Virus record (IMG/VR): IMGVR_UViG_3300046535_002009
Location: 32,001-96,000 of that record
DNA length: 64,000 bases
Origin: a virus
Reading direction: 5' to 3' (one strand)
Shown here: positions 29,146 through 40,254 of the stretch, piece after piece
Position numbering within the stretch: the stretch's first letter is position 1
Layout of the letters: every line of letters starts with the position of its first letter
Translations under genes and position numbers: made by a program
Notes under the pieces: model-generated
What the model was told of the DNA's origin: nothing
The model's input: only the letters and a program-made list of their open reading frames with translations
Databases searched by the model: none

Positions 29146-32100
29146 TCATGAACCGCCGTAGGCGCCGAGGACAGTGACGGGGACGACGCGGAACCCGGTG
29201 CTGCTCTCGCCGTTGTCGGCCTTGACCCACATGACCCAACGGTCGGGGTCCTCCTGGTCCTCGTACCAGGTGTAGTCGGTGCCGTCGCCGTGCTCGGCCC
29301 GGTGGTCGTCGCGGCAGTGCGCCTGGGCGTCCTCTCGGGCGGTGTAGGTGTCGAGCGGGATCCCGCCGCGCTCGGCGCGCCATACGGTGACCGCGAGCCC
29401 GTCGACGTCGAGTCTCAGGGCGGCGGCGATGGTGGCCGCGAGCTTCGTCGCTTCGTCCTCGTCCATCGCGAGGACGATGGTCCGGCCGTCGAGGAGGCGC
29501 AGCGGCGCGTGCAGGGACGCTCCGAGCTCGGTCTCGGGCCACTGCAGCTCACCGGTCCAGCGAGCGGTCACCGGGGCGCTGACCGTGTCCGGGGCGGCCT
29601 GGCGCTGCGCCTGGTGGGCGAGCTGCCGGTGGAGGATGTCGACCTCGTTGAGGAGGTCGGCGATCGCGGCCTCGGCCAGGGAGTTGGCCACGTACTCCGG
29701 GACCTGCCCCGAGTAGAGGCGATCCAGGCGGGCGCGGGCGTTCGCCTCGGCCCGCTCGATGAGTTCGGCCCGGGTGCGCCGCTCCCCCGTGTCGAGGCGG
29801 GCGCGCTCCTCGCGTAGCTTGTCGACGATCTCGCGCTCCATGGCGACGCTGAGTCGGGCCGTGTGCCGGCCGTGCGAGAGGTAGCCGACGAGGGTGTCCT
29901 TCTTCTGGTGGAAGTAGAAGCGCTTGCCCTCGTGGTCGGCGATGCGGTCCCAGGCGTTGCGCTGCTCGTCGGGAACGTCGCCGTGCCAGAACAGGTCGCG
30001 GTGGTGGTGCTCGCGGCGGGCGACGGCGCCGAGCGCCTCGCAGGCGGCCATCCAGTGCGCGGTGTCGACTGGGTGGCCGTCGGCCTGGAGCTGGGCGGCA
30101 CGGGCGGCGAGGCCGGCCGGGGTGGGCAGGTACTCGGGGGCTTCGGTGTCCATGGGTGGTGCCTTCCTGATGGGCCCGCCCCGGCGGGGTGCCGGGGCGG
30201 GCGGTGGCGGTGGTTCGCGTGGGTGGTCAGCCGGCGTGGGCCGTGCGGCCGGCTGCCTGGTTCCACTCGGCGAAGGCCTTCCTCTGCATGCCGGCCGAGT
30301 CGTACGCGGCCATGGCGGTTGCTGCTGCCGCAGCGAGGGTGGCGTGCACCTGTGCGGCGGCGATGAGCCGGTCCGCCTCCGGGTTGGTCCCCTCGTAGGT
30401 GGTCGCCTTGCTCGCGAATGCGAGCTGGACGAGCTGCTCAGCTTCGGAGTAGTGCTCGGGCCCGGTGGCCATCAGGTGTTGTCCTTCGGGGTGGTGAAGC
30501 GGGGCGGGGTGCCGGCGGCCGCCCGGAGGGCGTCGACTCGGGCGGCGAGCCGCAGGATGTGGAGGGCATTGCGGGTGAGTGCCTGAGCCGGGGCCTCGAC
30601 GGGTTCGCGGCGGACGATCCCGGCGGCGAACTTCTGGGTCTGGCTGGCGACGGCCATCGCGGCGCGGGCGAGGTCGTTCTCGGCGCGCTCGACAGCCGCG
30701 GTCAGGTCGGTGCTCACTCGGGCCGCCCGGTGTCCGGCGCCTCGGTGGTGGGGCGCAGCTGCGCCCAGGCGGCGAGGATGGCGGGCAGCGCCGGGCACCA
30801 GGCGCCGGTGTCCCACATGCCGGCGCGGTAGCTGCTGCTGGCGCAGTCCTTCGGCCAGAGACCACACGCGCACTGGTCGTCGTGGTGATAGGCGTTGAGG
30901 GCCTGGTCTGCCACGTCGCCGAGGAACTCCAGCTCGGCGCGGGTGAGGACGACCGGGTCGGGCGGGGTGGGCTGGTAGCCGTCGATGTCGGTGCCGTCGG
31001 GGTGCTGGGCGTCGACGCCGCGAGGCGACCAGCGGAGCCGGTACTCGCCGAACGGGAAGTCCGCGGTGAGTTGCTGAAGGCCTGCCGGGCCGGTGATGCC
31101 GAGGAGCCGGCCGAGGCGGCAGCGGGGGTGGCACTCGTCGGGGTGGGTGAGGGTACGGCTGACGCCGTGGTCGCTGCTGATGGCGAACCGGTGCCAGGGC
31201 CCGGCCGTGAGGTGGTCGATGTCGATCACAGGTCCCAGTCCTCCGGGAGGTTGGCCGCCACCAGGTCGGTGACCCAGGCGGGATAGGTGTCGGGGTTCCA
31301 CAGCTCGCGGGTGACGGCCGAGGCGGGAAGGCCGAGTTGGCCGGAGACGAGGCGACGGCGGCCGGAGACCTTCACCCGGGCCTGGCCCGGCCGGTAGGCA
31401 GGGGGCCGGTCCTCGGGACGCAGCCACCGGTAGGTGATCTCGACGGTCTCCGGCACGACCGTGGGCGAGTACGGGACCGGCAGGTCGGGCACGTCGGTCA
31501 CCCGGAAGGTCAGCGTGCGGGTCTCCTCTGCCCGGGTGGCGCTCACGCGGTCCACCACGCCGGGAGGTTGTCCTTGACAAGGTCGCCGATCCAGGCTGGC
31601 CGCTCGTCCCGGGGGACGGTGGACCAGACCTCGACGCTGTCGCCGAGAGGGCTGACAGTGCCGTCCGGGTCGCGGTAGTTGCCGCGGACGTGCACCTCGA
31701 TCAGCCGCGTGACGGCGTAGGCCTCGTGCTGCGAGTACCGGATGGTGATCCGGTTCGGGACGATGCGGTCGCGGCCGGAGGTGACGTCGGGGGCGCCGTT
31801 CGGCAGGTCGAGGAGGAGGCGCTGCTCCTCGCTGCGGGGGACGGTGGCGACGGTTGCGGTGGTCATCGTGTGTCTCTCGGGTCGGGCCGGGCCGCCCATT
31901 GCGGGGCGGCCCGGCGGCGGTCAGAGCGCGTTGTAGGCCTGGATGCGGGCGATGTCCCGGCCGGGCAGGGCGGTGGCGGGGTCGTGCGGGTCCATGCGGG
32001 CGGTGCCGCAGGCGGCGCAGGAGACGGCGCCTCGGGGCGTGGCGTCCCACCAGTTGTGGTCGTCGTAGGGTTCGCCGGTCGGGCACTTCTCGGCGGCCCA

Positions 32101-32827
32101 GCGGCGGTGCATGAGCTCGCGGCAGGGCTCGCAGATGACGGCGATCTCGCAACTGCCCTTCTTCCAGAGGCGGAAGTACGGGACGCCGTTGGCGAGTTCG
32201 GTGGGGCAGGTGGCGCAGCGGTCGGGCAGCGGCAGGGGCTCGCGGGGGGTCTGGTGCCAGAGGTGGACCGGGACGCCGTTGAGGGTGAAGTCCGCGCTCA
32301 TGTCGGCCGGGTTCGGGTAGCTGACCTCGGCGGCCAGGACGATGCGGAGCTGGTGGCCGATGTGGTCGGGGTCCGGGTGCTCAGGGTCGAGGGTGACGGA
32401 GATCTGCCAGCCGTCGTCGGAGCGCTGCATCTCGTAGTGGATCAGCTGCTCCGGGTCGAGGCAGTCGATCTCGTGGTCGAGGATGCGGGCGAGGACGTCG
32501 GCGGCCGCGGTGAGGTTCGCGGGCAACTGGGGCTCCAGGTCAGTGGTAGGCGTACGCGCGCCGCTCGGCGGCGTCGTCGTGGTCGGCGTAGGTGGTGCGG
32601 CAGTCGCCGCAGTACAGGTCGTCGTTGAGGCCCGGCCGCAGCTCGTCCTCGTCGTCGTGTCCGCAGGCGACGCAGGCCGGCGGGGCCAGGTGGAGCTCCG
32701 CCTCGATCCAGATGCGGGTGACGGCGCAGGAGGCATCGCGCGTGATGTGCTGCCCGCGCGCGGCGCGACCGTGCTGGGCTTCGGCGTTCAGGACCGCGGT
32801 GCTCAGGGCCCTTCGGGGCGGGTACAT
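29146..32827 (-). other. Phage hypothetical genes (29146-30153, 30227-30472, 30472-30717, 30714-31229, 31226-31546, 31543-31866, 31921-~32540, 32540-32827)
   Basis: Chained overlaps and GC3 bias on the minus strand. Confidence 0.6.
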
Positions 32828-32927
32828 CGGGGCTCCGATCTGGTGCTGGTGGCGGTGGTTGGTGCCCGCCGCGGCGTTGCACGCGCGGCGCCGGCGGTCC
32901 GGGGGGCGGGTCCGGTCGGGCTGGGTG

Positions 32928-33611
32928 TCAGTCGAGGTCGACGACCAGGGCGGTGGCGTTGTCGGCGCGCTCTCCGCCGAGGCGGATGGCGGTGCGCACG
33001 ATGAGGGAGGCGGTGTCCGCTGCCTGGCCGCGGCGGTAGTCGGCGAGGTTGTGCCCGTGGTCTTCGATGGGCTCGTAGGCGCCGTCGGAGGCGAGGAGGA
33101 GACGGCCGCGGGCAGGTACGACGGCGAGGCCGACAGGGCTGTCCGCTGCCGGGTATCCGATGCAGGAGGTGACGATGTTGCGGGTGTACCGGCCGGGCTC
33201 AAGGCCCATGTCGAGGAGCTGTTGGCGCCGATTGTGGTCCGTGGTGAGGCGCAGCGCGGGGCCGGCCTCCGGGAGGAGGTAGGCGCGGACGTCACCGGAC
33301 CAGGCGACGGTGAGGGTGCCGTTGTCGACGGTGGCGACGGCGGCGCAGGCGGAGGGGAGTTGGTTGAACTGCCCGGCCTGATCCTGTGCGGCCTCGGCGC
33401 GGGCCCGGGCGGTGGCGAGGGCGTACTCCGCGCCGTGGTGGGTCGCCTCACGGGCGACCCGGCTGGCCGTGAGGCGGGTCCAGCGGCGCACCTGCGGGTT
33501 GGAGCCGATGCCGTCGAGGAGGACGAAAGCCGGCATGCCCGTGAGGTTGACGCGGGCGGCGTCGCATTGGTGGCTGCGGCTACCGGTGAACTGGAGGATG
33601 GCGGGGAGCAT
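32928..33611 (-). CDS. PP2C/PPM-family protein phosphatase
   Basis: R..QCDA, LLDGIG, WSGDVRAY, LTTDHN, LLASDG, ADNATALV; GAAGGAG RBS. Confidence 0.85.
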   Translation of the reverse strand: MLPAILQFTGSRSHQCDAARVNLTGMPAFVLLDGIGSNPQVRRWTRLTASRVAREATHHGAEYALATARARAEAAQDQAGQFNQLPSACAAVATVDNGTLTVAWSGDVRAYLLPEAGPALRLTTDHNRRQQLLDMGLEPGRYTRNIVTSCIGYPAADSPVGLAVVPARGRLLLASDGAYEPIEDHGHNLADYRRGQAADTASLIVRTAIRLGGERADNATALVVDLD

Positions 33612-33816
33612 GCGCGGGTCTCCTTCGGGATCGGGTGGTGCGGTCCAGCGGCCGGGGTGGTCACGGCCGCCGGGCCCGGCTGGGGGTCCCCGGCCGGGGC
33701 CCAGGGGGTGGCTCCGACCGGGGAGTGCTGCGGCGTTGCGCAGCGGGGTGGCGCCCCAGGGGGTGGGCGCCGGGCCCGGCGGGCCGGGGGATGCCCGCCG
33801 GGGGTCTGTGGGCCCG

Positions 33817-34212
33817 TCAGGCCGCCTCCGGGAAGAGGACGAGGGCGACGGGGCGGGTGGCCTTGTAGGTGCGCAGGCCCTGGATGAGGGCCTTGTCGTC
33901 GGGGGCGTAGACGTAGACGTGGATCCACCGGCCGGTGGTGTGGTGCTGGACCCAGGCCTTGAGGGGGTCGCGGCCGTGGGTGGCGCGGTAGGCCTTGACG
34001 ACGTGGCGGCCATACCACGACTGCTTGCCGTCGGGGAGCTCGATGAAGAGGCGGTCGAGCATCTCGCTGGTGCGGATGAGCCAGCCGATCTCCAGGGCCT
34101 CGTTGAGGGCGGCGCCGTTGAGGATCCGGCAGTAGGCCGCGCGGGGCATCTGGACGGCGGCGCGGATCGCGGTGGTGGTCCGGCTGATGAACTTGCGGAC
34201 GGTCGCCTTCAC
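33817..34212 (-). CDS. Hypothetical protein
   Basis: AAGGGGG RBS; basic 131-aa ORF. Confidence 0.7.
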   Translation of the reverse strand: MKATVRKFISRTTTAIRAAVQMPRAAYCRILNGAALNEALEIGWLIRTSEMLDRLFIELPDGKQSWYGRHVVKAYRATHGRDPLKAWVQHHTTGRWIHVYVYAPDDKALIQGLRTYKATRPVALVLFPEAA

Positions 34213-34254
34213 GGTTGCCCCCCTTGGATGTTAGGTGGGCCCCTCGCCCTCCTT

Positions 34255-34367
34255 GTAGCTACGAAACTACGCCTCTCGTAGCTACAAAGCAAGAGGGTTC
34301 GTCGAAATTTCGTAGCTACAACAGCGGGACGGTGGGATTGCCCGGTCGTAGCTACGACCGTTACCGT
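34255..34367. promoter_or_regulatory. Divergent promoter region with four GTAGCTAC palindromic boxes
   Basis: GTAGCTAC at 34255, 34278, 34312, 34348; the last lies in the 18-bp palindrome CGGTCGTAGCTACGACCG between TTGCCC and TACCGT. Confidence 0.8.
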
Positions 34368-34373
34368 TCGCCC

Positions 34374-34604
34374 ATGGCAGACGACGACTACGACAAGCCC
34401 CGACAGTTCCGCGCACCGGACGACGAGTGGGTGCCCTTCGAAGCCGCGACGAAGGCCGTCCACCCCAGCGGACGCAGCCCCCGTGCGGGCGTGCTCCGCG
34501 AGTTCATGCGCTGGTACATGCGCCGTCCCGGCGCCAAACTCCCCACGCGCCCGGACGCCGGCCCATGGTCTGTCCCCGCCGACGAAGCCACCGCCGCCGG
34601 CTGA
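34374..34604 (+). CDS. Ribbon-helix-helix-like DNA-binding protein
   Basis: KPRQFRAPDDEWVPFEAA...RAGVLREFMRWY; leaderless ATG 6 nt after -10. Confidence 0.7.
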   Translation: MADDDYDKPRQFRAPDDEWVPFEAATKAVHPSGRSPRAGVLREFMRWYMRRPGAKLPTRPDAGPWSVPADEATAAG

Positions 34605-34666
34605 CACGGCCAACCCCACCCGCCGCCGGCCCGCTGCGCCGCGCGGCGCTTCGTGCTGCCCGCCCG

Positions 34667-34909
34667 TCACGGCCGCTCCCCCACCCACTGGTACGCCCAG
34701 TCCGCGCCGGCTGCCGACAGGGCCTCCGCCCGCCGGTACACGCCGCGCCGCAGCGGCAGCGGCTCGCCGACCTCGGCCTGGAGGAAGTCGTTCACCGAGG
34801 GCGGGATCGCCACGAGGAACTCGTACGGTGGGAACACCGGGTCGCCGGGGAGCACCAGGAGCAGGCCGTCCTGCGGGCCGCCGTACAGCTCGATCCGTAC
34901 ACCGCTCAC
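34667..34909 (-). CDS. Small hypothetical protein
   Basis: ELYGGPQDG motif; GGAGGTG RBS. Confidence 0.55.
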   Translation of the reverse strand: MSGVRIELYGGPQDGLLLVLPGDPVFPPYEFLVAIPPSVNDFLQAEVGEPLPLRRGVYRRAEALSAAGADWAYQWVGERP

Positions 34910-35391
34910 AGCTGGATCACCTCCACCGGGATGCTGGCCGCCGCTGCGAGGCGCGCGCACCCGCGGGTGCCGTACGAGCGCTGCCACGGGAAGGCGAGCA
35001 TCCGGTGCGCACCGGCAGCGACCATCGCCGCGTTGCGCCGCGGGCCCGCCCCGGGGCAGTAGTCCGGCAGCCGACCGGGGTGGTGAACATCCCCGGGCCG
35101 CTTCACCCGGCGGTGCGGTCGCCGAGGACACGACGGGGCGCAGCTGTCCCAGTCGGCCGGCCACGGCTCCGCCGACACGAGGAAGCCGTAGCCCTGCAGT
35201 TCCCGGGCCCAGCGGTCCGCGTACCGGTCCGCGCCTTCCGGGCAGTCGCCGTGCACGACCACCAGGTGGCCGCCACGCGGCAGCGCCTTCCACTTCGCGA
35301 CCAGGTGCCTTCGCACCTCGCACTCCAGCGACCATGGCAGCTCCCGGCCGCCGGCCACCAACAGGCGCCAGATCGGCGCGACGCTGTTCAC
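34906..35391 (-). CDS. SLOG-superfamily (YspA-related, DUF2493) protein
   Basis: LLVAGGR, VVVHGDCPEGADRYA, ADWD, AGPRRNAAM, LAFP..S.GT. Confidence 0.82.
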   Translation of the reverse strand: MNSVAPIWRLLVAGGRELPWSLECEVRRHLVAKWKALPRGGHLVVVHGDCPEGADRYADRWARELQGYGFLVSAEPWPADWDSCAPSCPRRPHRRVKRPGDVHHPGRLPDYCPGAGPRRNAAMVAAGAHRMLAFPWQRSYGTRGCARLAAAASIPVEVIQL

Positions 35392-35620
35392 TCCGGGTCC
35401 TGCGGGTCGTAGATCCGGGTCGGGCCCGCGGGCCCTTCCATGTGCCGCTCGCAGACCGGCAGCCACTCCCCCAGGTCGCGATACAGGCGCCAGCCGACGG
35501 CCGGCCTGCTGCACCCGCCGCCGTCGCAGGACTGCCCGTGCGTCGGCTCATTCGGAGCGGCCGGTCGGAGGCGGACGGGTCGGTGCCGAGCAGCGCCAGG
35601 CCGTCGTGCCGGACGCCCGC

Positions 35621-35959
35621 TCATGCCTGGGCCCCGCAGGTCCTGCAGGCGAACCCGGCCGGCGGGTCGTCCTCACACACTCGGCAGCTCGGTGCTCCGA
35701 GCAGGACGGCCGGCTCGACGCCGAGGACCGCCGCGAGTCCGCACAGCACGTCGACGCTCATCGCCACATGGGCGCCGCTGCCGGACCGGCCGGTCTCCAG
35801 CCGGGTGAGGTGCTGCGTCGACATCGGCATCCCGAGCGCGGTCAGCTCTTGCGCGACGTCCGCCGCGGTCCGGCCGGCCCGGCGCCGCAGCCGCCGCACG
35901 TTTCGGCCGGCGAGCCGGGACGCCGCGGTGCCGCTCTCGGTCTTCCGGTGCCCGCTCAC
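35621..35959 (-). CDS. XRE-family HTH protein with C-terminal zinc ribbon
   Basis: NVRRLRRRAGRTAADVA...LTRLETG; CRVC....FACRTCG. Confidence 0.7.
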   Translation of the reverse strand: MSGHRKTESGTAASRLAGRNVRRLRRRAGRTAADVAQELTALGMPMSTQHLTRLETGRSGSGAHVAMSVDVLCGLAAVLGVEPAVLLGAPSCRVCEDDPPAGFACRTCGAQA

Positions 35960-36913
35960 CGCTGCGCCCCGGGCCAGGTCTCGTCCATGCGGGCTGCGAG
36001 GCGCCGCGCGGCGTTCGGTGTCGCGCCGTCCTTCAGCCGCCACGCCGTGTGGTCGCGTGTCCGTTCGCCCGCGCGTAGTTCCCGGCTGAGCTTCACCACG
36101 ACCTCCGAGACGGCGTACACCGTCGCGTCCGGCGCGTGGACCTCGGCCCACTCCAGGAGCACGTCACGCATCGCCCGCTCCCGCTCGCTCAGCTGCCAGG
36201 GGAGCCGGTTCGGCCGCTGCTCGGTCATGCCTCGTCTCCCTCGGCCGGCTCCAGGCGGCGGGCGATCCGGTACGGCAGGCGCAGCCCGGCCCGCGCGAAC
36301 TCCTCGGCCAGGAGGCGGAGGTACTCGCCGCGGTGGGCGTCGGTGAGGCGCTCGATGGCACGCTGGCCGGCCTCGGCCTGGAGGTTGCGCCGGGTCCGGT
36401 GCTCGCGGGCGCTGCGCTGGCTCTGCGGGGCCCGGGTGGGCCGGGTGCGCTTGTGCGTGAGGTGGTAGGCGCCGCAGCTGCAGACGTACACCTGGAGGCG
36501 GCGGTCGGGGTCCTGCCGGAGCTGGGACCGGATGGACTCGTAGGCGGCCCCACGGTGGGCGTAGGCGCGCTTGTCTGGGGTCGGGCAGAGGCGGGTGGGC
36601 ATCGGCAGTCCTGGCGGTGTCGTCGGGGCTCTGTGCGGCCGTGTGCAGGCTCGGCGCGGCTCGTGTTGTGGGGCGGCTCGGTTCAGGTGCGTCGGCGCTG
36701 CGTGTCGGGCAGGGCGGGCGGGAGGTCGGCGGCTTCGTAGCGGGTGGCGTGGGCCTTGCTAAGAAGCTGGCCGGAGGGCCGGTGGCAGGGCTTGCCGGGG
36801 GCGGCTCCGCAGTGCTGGCAGGCGATGTGGAGGACGGGGTCTCGGTGGCGGCGGAGGGCGTCGCGGAGGGACGGGGGGCAGGGCTCGCCTTGGCCTGGGC
36901 GTTGGGGGTTCAC
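35956..36913 (-). other. Small phage genes (35956-36228, 36225-36602, 36683-36913)
   Basis: Zinc-finger motifs YVCSCGAYHLT and CQHCGAAPGKPC..H. Confidence 0.6.
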
Positions 36914-37557
36914 GGGGTGGTGTCTTCCTCGGCGGTGGTGTTGCCGGCTCGGGCCTTGGCGAGGTCGGTGCGGCTGGGGTGGGGGTCGGCGTGTTTGCGT
37001 GGGGGTTTGCCTGGGCGGCCGCTGGTGCAGGAGCGGCCGGGTAGGGCGTGGCACTTGGGGCAGCCGACGGCGAAGGGGTTGGCGACGCCGGGGACTTGGG
37101 GCGGGGGTGGTGCTTCGCCGATGGCGGCGAGGGCGGCTTGGAGGCGGCGGCCCTGGGGGCCTGCTTCGAGTTCGAGCGGGCGCCGGTTCGCCGGGTTGAG
37201 CTGGTGGGCTGGGGGGACGGGGCGGCCGTCGCCGGCGGCGGCAAGGAGCCTGCGGAGGTTGCGGATGCCCTCGATGGGGGTCTCGTCCGGGTTGCCGGCG
37301 TACTGGAGGTTCGCGCGGTCGATGCGCGGTGCGCGTGCCTCGGCGCGGATCTGCCGGACGTGGAAGGGGAGGATCCAGCGGCGTCCGTCGAGGTCGCCTC
37401 GCCGGGTGTAGTAGATCGTGACGGCGGCGAGGGCGTCCTCGTCGAGGGGGATGTCGTGCAGGGCTGCGGCCCAGGCTTCTGCGGCGGCCTTCGACGGCAT
37501 GCGGTTGTCGAAGGCGGCGGCTCTGGCCAGGAGGTCGAGTGCCTCGTCTCGGTTCAC
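36910..37557 (-). CDS. Replication accessory protein (helicase-loader/inhibitor-like N-terminus plus zinc finger)
   Basis: MNRDEALDLLARAAAFDNR...AEAWAAAL; CPKCHALPGRSC..HPSR; coupled to the initiator. Confidence 0.65.
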   Translation of the reverse strand: MNRDEALDLLARAAAFDNRMPSKAAAEAWAAALHDIPLDEDALAAVTIYYTRRGDLDGRRWILPFHVRQIRAEARAPRIDRANLQYAGNPDETPIEGIRNLRRLLAAAGDGRPVPPAHQLNPANRRPLELEAGPQGRRLQAALAAIGEAPPPPQVPGVANPFAVGCPKCHALPGRSCTSGRPGKPPRKHADPHPSRTDLAKARAGNTTAEEDTTP

Positions 37558-38624
37558 GCGGGGTACTCCTCGTGGTCGCTCTTGAGGGCGAGCCAGCCGG
37601 CGACCCGGTCGTCGGTGGTGCTGTAGGCGGGGCGCTGCTGGCTGGGCTGGCGTCCGGCGGCGAGGCGTAGCTGGTCGTACTTCTCGCGGAGCTTGGGCAT
37701 CGAGAGGACGTTGCCGCGCCAGAAGTCGTCTGCCTGGCACCAGCGGATCGCGTTGCACAGCTGCTCGGGGGTACGGCCGTCGATGTCGATGGCGCGGCGG
37801 GCGGCGTCGCGCCAGGCCTGCGTGATGCGGGGCCGCTTGGAGCCGTTGGCCTCGATGAGGTCGGCGAGGAGCGTGCACGCTTCTTCGACGTCGGGCCGGA
37901 GCGGCTCCGGGGTGCGCGTGGCGACGGCGTGGTTCGGACGAGGGTTCTTCCCTGCTCCCTGCTCCCTGCTCCCTGCTCCCTGATCAGGAGTGAGGATCTC
38001 GGGAACCTCTCCGGAGACCTTCGTGAGGGTTTCACGAGGTTCTCCGTAGGCGCCGTGACCTGCGCTGTTGTCGCGCTGTGGGGTCGGGGTGGGGGTCGCG
38101 GTGGGGAGTTGGAAGATCGTGGCGCCTGCACCGTGCCCGTGGTCCTCCGAGGGGTTTCCGGAGGGTGCCGGGGAGGTCCCGGAGAGGGCCGTGTCGATCT
38201 TCGTGAAGGCCTCCGGAGGATTTCGGGAGGGCTTCTGTGGGCGCTCCGGGTTCTTCGTGCGCCATTCGGCGAACTCTCCAGGTTCGTCGTGAGGGCAGGG
38301 CGGGATCTTCGGCTTCGCGGGGTGCTGCGGGCGCTGGTGCTCGGTCCAGTTCGGGCAGTGCAGGAAGCGCCGGCCGTCGACGTCGTAGCGGCACACGGAG
38401 CCGCTGTCGGCCATGAGGTCAAGCCAGGTGTCGACGTCCTCGGCCTGGATGCCGCGGTCTCTGGGGAAGCAGTCCGCGGCGATCAGGAGCCCGTCGTCGA
38501 CGCCGCGGCCGTGGTCGTCGAGGTAGCCCCAGAGCAGAACGAAGAAGTAGCGGACGGGCATGGGCCACGCGGAGACCGTGAGGGAGGTGCGCAGCTCGGG
38601 CTTGATCGCACGGATGCGGGCCAT
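37554..38624 (-). CDS. Phage replication initiator (replisome organizer)
   Basis: MARIRAIKPE, LW.YLDDHGR, NWTEHQR; C-terminal DDFWRGNVLSMPKLREKYDQLRL. Confidence 0.8.
   Translation of the reverse strand: MARIRAIKPELRTSLTVSAWPMPVRYFFVLLWGYLDDHGRGVDDGLLIAADCFPRDRGIQAEDVDTWLDLMADSGSVCRYDVDGRRFLHCPNWTEHQRPQHPAKPKIPPCPHDEPGEFAEWRTKNPERPQKPSRNPPEAFTKIDTALSGTSPAPSGNPSEDHGHGAGATIFQLPTATPTPTPQRDNSAGHGAYGEPRETLTKVSGEVPEILTPDQGAGSREQGAGKNPRPNHAVATRTPEPLRPDVEEACTLLADLIEANGSKRPRITQAWRDAARRAIDIDGRTPEQLCNAIRWCQADDFWRGNVLSMPKLREKYDQLRLAAGRQPSQQRPAYSTTDDRVAGWLALKSDHEEYPA
37950..37984. repeat. Heptamer tandem repeat (CCCTGCT)x4 + CCCTGAT inside the initiator gene
   Basis: Read directly from the sequence. Confidence 0.85.
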
Positions 38625-38819
38625 CAGGTGGTGGTCCTTCGGGTCGTGGGGCGGGAATGCGTGCCCGGGCGGTGGTGTGCCGCCCCGGGGCGGGTCAGCT
38701 GGTGCGGCGAGCGCGGGCGCGGCAGCGCGCGATGTCAGCGCTGGTGAGCGGGCGGCGGGTCCGGCCGCCGCGTAGGCAGTAGAGGCGGCGCAGGGCGCTC
38801 CGGCTGGGCCAGGCGTGGG

Positions 38820-39092
38820 TCATCGCCCGGCGCAACGAGGGTCGTTGGGGACGACGGCGACTGCCCCGTACGGGCTGTTGCCGTGGTACGTGGTGTAGAC
38901 GCGGTTCGGGCCGTCGCACTTGGAGGCGACGTTGTTGAAGCCGTCGGGCATGGTGACGACGTCCGCGGGCTGGTTGTTCATCCCGGCCCGGGGGGCGTCC
39001 TTGAACGGCTCGGTGGCCTTGTCCATGCAGCCGGTAAGGGTCAGGGCGAGGACGGCGATTCCTGCGGCGGCGAGGGCTCTGGTGGTGCGCAT
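38820..39092 (-). CDS. Small lipoprotein
   Basis: MRTTRALAAAGIAVLALTLTGC lipobox. Confidence 0.75.
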   Translation of the reverse strand: MRTTRALAAAGIAVLALTLTGCMDKATEPFKDAPRAGMNNQPADVVTMPDGFNNVASKCDGPNRVYTTYHGNSPYGAVAVVPNDPRCAGR

Positions 39093-39151
39093 GTGGCGTT
39101 CCTTCGGGGAAGGCACGGTCGGCGTCCGACCGGGCCGGATGACTGGGTGGG

Positions 39152-40254
39152 TCAGCGTTTGGTGGGCGGCCCGTAGGGGCTCTGCCAGGCCGGCCGGTCG
39201 GTTCGGCGGGCGGGCTTGCCATTGGTGTCGAGCAGGCCTGCGGTCTTGAGGGCTTCGAGGTGCGCGGTCAGCTGACGGGCTGCGGCCTGCACCGCGGGGA
39301 GAAGCGCCTGGGCGAACTCTGTGATCGCGGCGCTGAGAGCTGCTCCTGCACGGAGCAGCGCCTCGCGTTCGGCGTCGGTGAGGGCGCTGGGCGTGTTCAC
39401 CGCAGTGTCTTCTCGGTGCGGTCGGCTGCCTGGCCGGTGCAGCAGGCGCGGGCGCAGCGGCCGCGGTCGGCCCAGGCCCGGGCGATGCGGCAGACGGCGA
39501 TGGTTGCGCAGATCGTGACGACGACCAGCAGGTTGGCGAGGTACTCGTTCATCGGGATCCTTCCGGTGGGGCCCGGCCGGGGTGTCCGGCCGGGCGGGGC
39601 TGGCTAGTTGGTGGTGGGTACGGGCGCGAGGACACGCTTGCGGCGGCGGGGCCGGGTGGCGAGGTGGTGCGCGGCCATCCAGACGGCGCTGGGGGCGAGG
39701 GACGCGACGATGCCGATCACGGTGTTGACGGGGCCGTGGCCCGCGGCGTTGGCGAGCAGCGCGCCACTGGGGGCGAGGAGGGCGCCGGCGAAGCTGATCG
39801 GTCCCATCACGGTGAACGCGAGGTCGAGGGCGACGCCGAGGTTGGCCCAGCCGGTCCGGACGTCGACCGGGTCGACCTTCTTGAAGTCGTCCATCGCCAT
39901 GTCGGCGACGCTGCGGCGGGTGATCAGGGAGGCGCCGGCGAAGAGGAGGACTGCCAGGACCAGCAGGTAGGCCAGGTACGTCAGCTGGTGGACGACGAGG
40001 GCCAGGAGGATGATCGCGCCTTCGGCGAGCATGGCGCGGTGCAGCGGGCGGCACCAGCGGTGGGGGCAGCTACGGGTCGGGGTGTGCGGCTTGCGCATGG
40101 AGAACTCCCGCTTTCAGAGAAGGTCGTCGAGGATGAAGTCGCCGAACCAGACGAGGACGGCGGCGACGGCCGCCCAGTGGGGGCTGCCGGTGGCGGCCCA
40201 TGTGATGAGCCCGGCGAGGGCGGCGCCTGCTGTGCCAGCGAGGAAGCGAGTCAC
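39152..40254 (-). other. Small hypothetical and membrane genes (39152-39400, 39397-39552, 39604-40098, 40114-40254)
   Basis: Hydrophobic segments, RBSs, overlaps. Confidence 0.55.
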
